From assembly GCF_031769215.1 (NCBI RefSeq), contig NW_026781893.1:744001-808000 (forward strand): 64,000 nt of DNA, in the 5' to 3' direction. The stretch is from Ylistrum balloti. Taxonomy: Eukaryota. How positions within the stretch are numbered: the first letter of the stretch is position 1; the number at the start of each line of letters is the position of its first letter. Of this stretch, positions 61,718-64,000 are shown piece after piece. Both the position numbers and the translations under genes were made by a program. Under the pieces are notes generated by a model that did no database searches, was not told the origin of the DNA, and saw only the letters and a list, made by a program, of their open reading frames with translations.

Positions 61718-63239
61718 AACTATGTTAACAATTTAAAACCACTTTTATCTGATATTCTAATTCATTTTTCATTATTTTTATATATAAAAATTCGTGCTTT
61801 TCTTTACATTTCTTGATGAAAAAATCATCCAGCTCCATGCACATGATGATGACTGGAGGAGTCAATGGCAACCTTCCGACGATTCTGCTGGAATGCTCCT
61901 TTTTTGTGTTAATAGAATATCTGTCCACACATGCACATAGTGTGTAGATCACTGTCATTCAATAATGTGAACAAAAAAGGACTACAATAAAATATTAAGA
62001 TACTTCACAATTCACACAAAAATTAACAATTAGTAAAGGATTTATCGAAAGGGAGAGGGGGGTCTGTTATTCCATTTTATTGTTATTTTTTTGTTTGTTT
62101 GTTTTTTTTTTTTTGTTTTTTTTTACATATTTTAAACTGAAAGCAATATTACACCACCTGATTAAAATGTCGTCTGCTGATGAATTTTGTGTCCGACTTA
62201 CTATCAAAGGATGGATTTTAATCTTCGTAGTGTCGTTGGCTTTGATACCGAAAATTATTGTCTGAAAAGTGAATTAGATGAGAATCTAGCAGACATCAGC
62301 TGCATCTTATCTCTTCAATCAGGATCAGGGAGGAATGCAAGCCAAGTTGCTAATCGAATTCATTTTTTTTCTTTCATTATCAGCATAAAACTAAGATTAT
62401 TCCTATCGAAGCTTAATCCATGATAGGAATATCCTTTTAGGAAAAGAATATTAGCAGTAGAATCTAATGATTTATTCTTGATTTGAAAACAACTGAACGA
62501 TTTACATAATTACTTTATTATTGATTCTATTACCTATTCTGCTAAATCTTTATCCGGGTGTGTTATTACCATTATAATCATGATTGCAGTCTTATTGCAA
62601 TTCTGTTTAGTCTAGAAGTTAAAAACAAAACAATGTGTGTTTTAATTTTTCCGCTTTGTATATTCATATTTCATCAAATATATTTATTACATTTTTGCCA
62701 ATGAAAATAGAGAAATATCACCTCGACAAATGCTAATTTGCAGACTTACACCAATGAATAGAGAGAATACAGATTATCTTGTAAAACTGACAGAAAGCAG
62801 GATACAAAATAACACAAAAAAGGGACCGCGGTTGTTAACTAATATTTCCATGGTTAACTTTTATTTCCATGGAAGTCAGCGAACAATGAATACCAATAAC
62901 TCAAAATACCTTACCAAAGGTCCAACCCAATCCCTAACTATATGTCGGAAGAGTTTGACATTTCAAGAGGATTAATATCATTGACAACGATTACCAAATT
63001 TGCCACCATATTCTCAGTCGCGTAGTAACTTGTCACGGAACATTATTGTTAAACTCTCTCTGAATGATTTAGGGCAAATCTTGTCTGTAGATGCATAGAG
63101 AAGAGACGGTTTCTATGTGAAGATAAAATTTTCTTAACATTAAGATTATATTCTGTGTTGATATATTTTACTGGTTTTTTAACGGACTACATTTTGTCGC
63201 GTACTGCGAAGTTATAATGAGTGAGTAAATGCAAAGTCT

Positions 63240-63400
63240 ACCCTATGAATACCAGTATTTAGACCAGGAACACCTTTAGATCGGGAGTCGTAAAAAATTC
63301 AAAAATCACTGACACCAGACGACTCCCACCCCTAGAGGGGAGCACCCCCCTCTCGTCGCCCGAAAATCGACATGCGTCGATTGAAACAACGCTCGTAGCC
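63240..63400. mobile_element. GC-rich non-autonomous DNA transposon fragment
   Basis: CCCCTAGAGGGG palindrome and GAGGGGAGCACCCCCCTC hairpin in an AT-rich background. Family not identified. Confidence 0.35.
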
Positions 63401-64000
63401 GGGAGTTGTGATGGAGAAGATAATAATCAACCAACAATATTTTGCATGTGAAAAAGTAATCAAAAATATTATTTCCAGTAAAAATGCACTTGTGTGTTTA
63501 ATACTTTTTGTAATATTGAAATATATTAGACACATTTGTGAATTTTTGGTTATCACTGAAGACACTATTAAATGTCCTCTATTAATTAATGGGATACCTT
63601 CTTCGGCAAAGGAATGAAAACAATGGAACATATATACGGTTATGAACTCTACTGGAACTTATTCCATGAAAAGTGAATGCTAAGACGAAATATGCTAAGA
63701 ATACCTGTGTAACATCTTCGTCGATGCTGGTGTTAAAAGACTATTAGCATACTTATAACTAATATTGCTATCTTTTGTCGTCTTGTTTTCATGTTCGCAT
63801 TCATCCAAGCGCTTACAAATAAAGATACCGAGAGGAAGTATTACATAGTCCAATGATTAAACGTGGGCGCATAAAATCCTCCATCATCACCTGTCACAAG
63901 TCATTATTTCTTTTGTTGCTCGGTTTCACGACAACGTAAACGTGGTGAATAAACAATGTGCTAATTAGTTAGTTTGTTTATTTGTTCCAATGGTTATGAT

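Noticed and set aside
1-64000. CRISPR arrays, rRNA genes, intact tRNA genes, twister or HDV-like ribozymes
   Set aside because: All arrays lack unique spacers, and no supporting motifs were seen by eye. A covariance-model scan would be needed to exclude the RNA classes fully.

Overview
AT-rich, intron-rich animal DNA. The repeat families point to a bivalve mollusc, but that is inference. Five protein-coding genes can be reconstructed by hand with consistent splice phases. (1) PM20D1 (M20 peptidase, minus strand, 508 aa) has TWO intact, equal-length, diverged copies of its last coding exon. (2) MANF/CDNF-family gene (minus strand, 184 aa). (3) HSPA14 (plus strand, 14 exons, 507 aa) lies head-to-head with MANF, with 314 bp between the start codons. 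(4, 5) Two orphan secreted, Cys-free, low-complexity proteins (plus strand, about 395 aa and about 660-669 aa). Main observations: alternative catalytic C-termini in PM20D1; MANF/CDNF-HSPA14 microsynteny matching human CDNF-HSPA14; two HSPA14 splice junctions that have been tandemly amplified into arrays of competing donors and acceptors; a GC-AG intron; and three dispersed, degenerate copies of a type I hammerhead-ribozyme-like element (51.3, 53.0 and 61.7 kb). The rest is transposon debris (Tc1, pogo/MITE, Helentron-like, Penelope-like) and minisatellites. All gene models, alignments and RNA folds were done by eye, with no database search.
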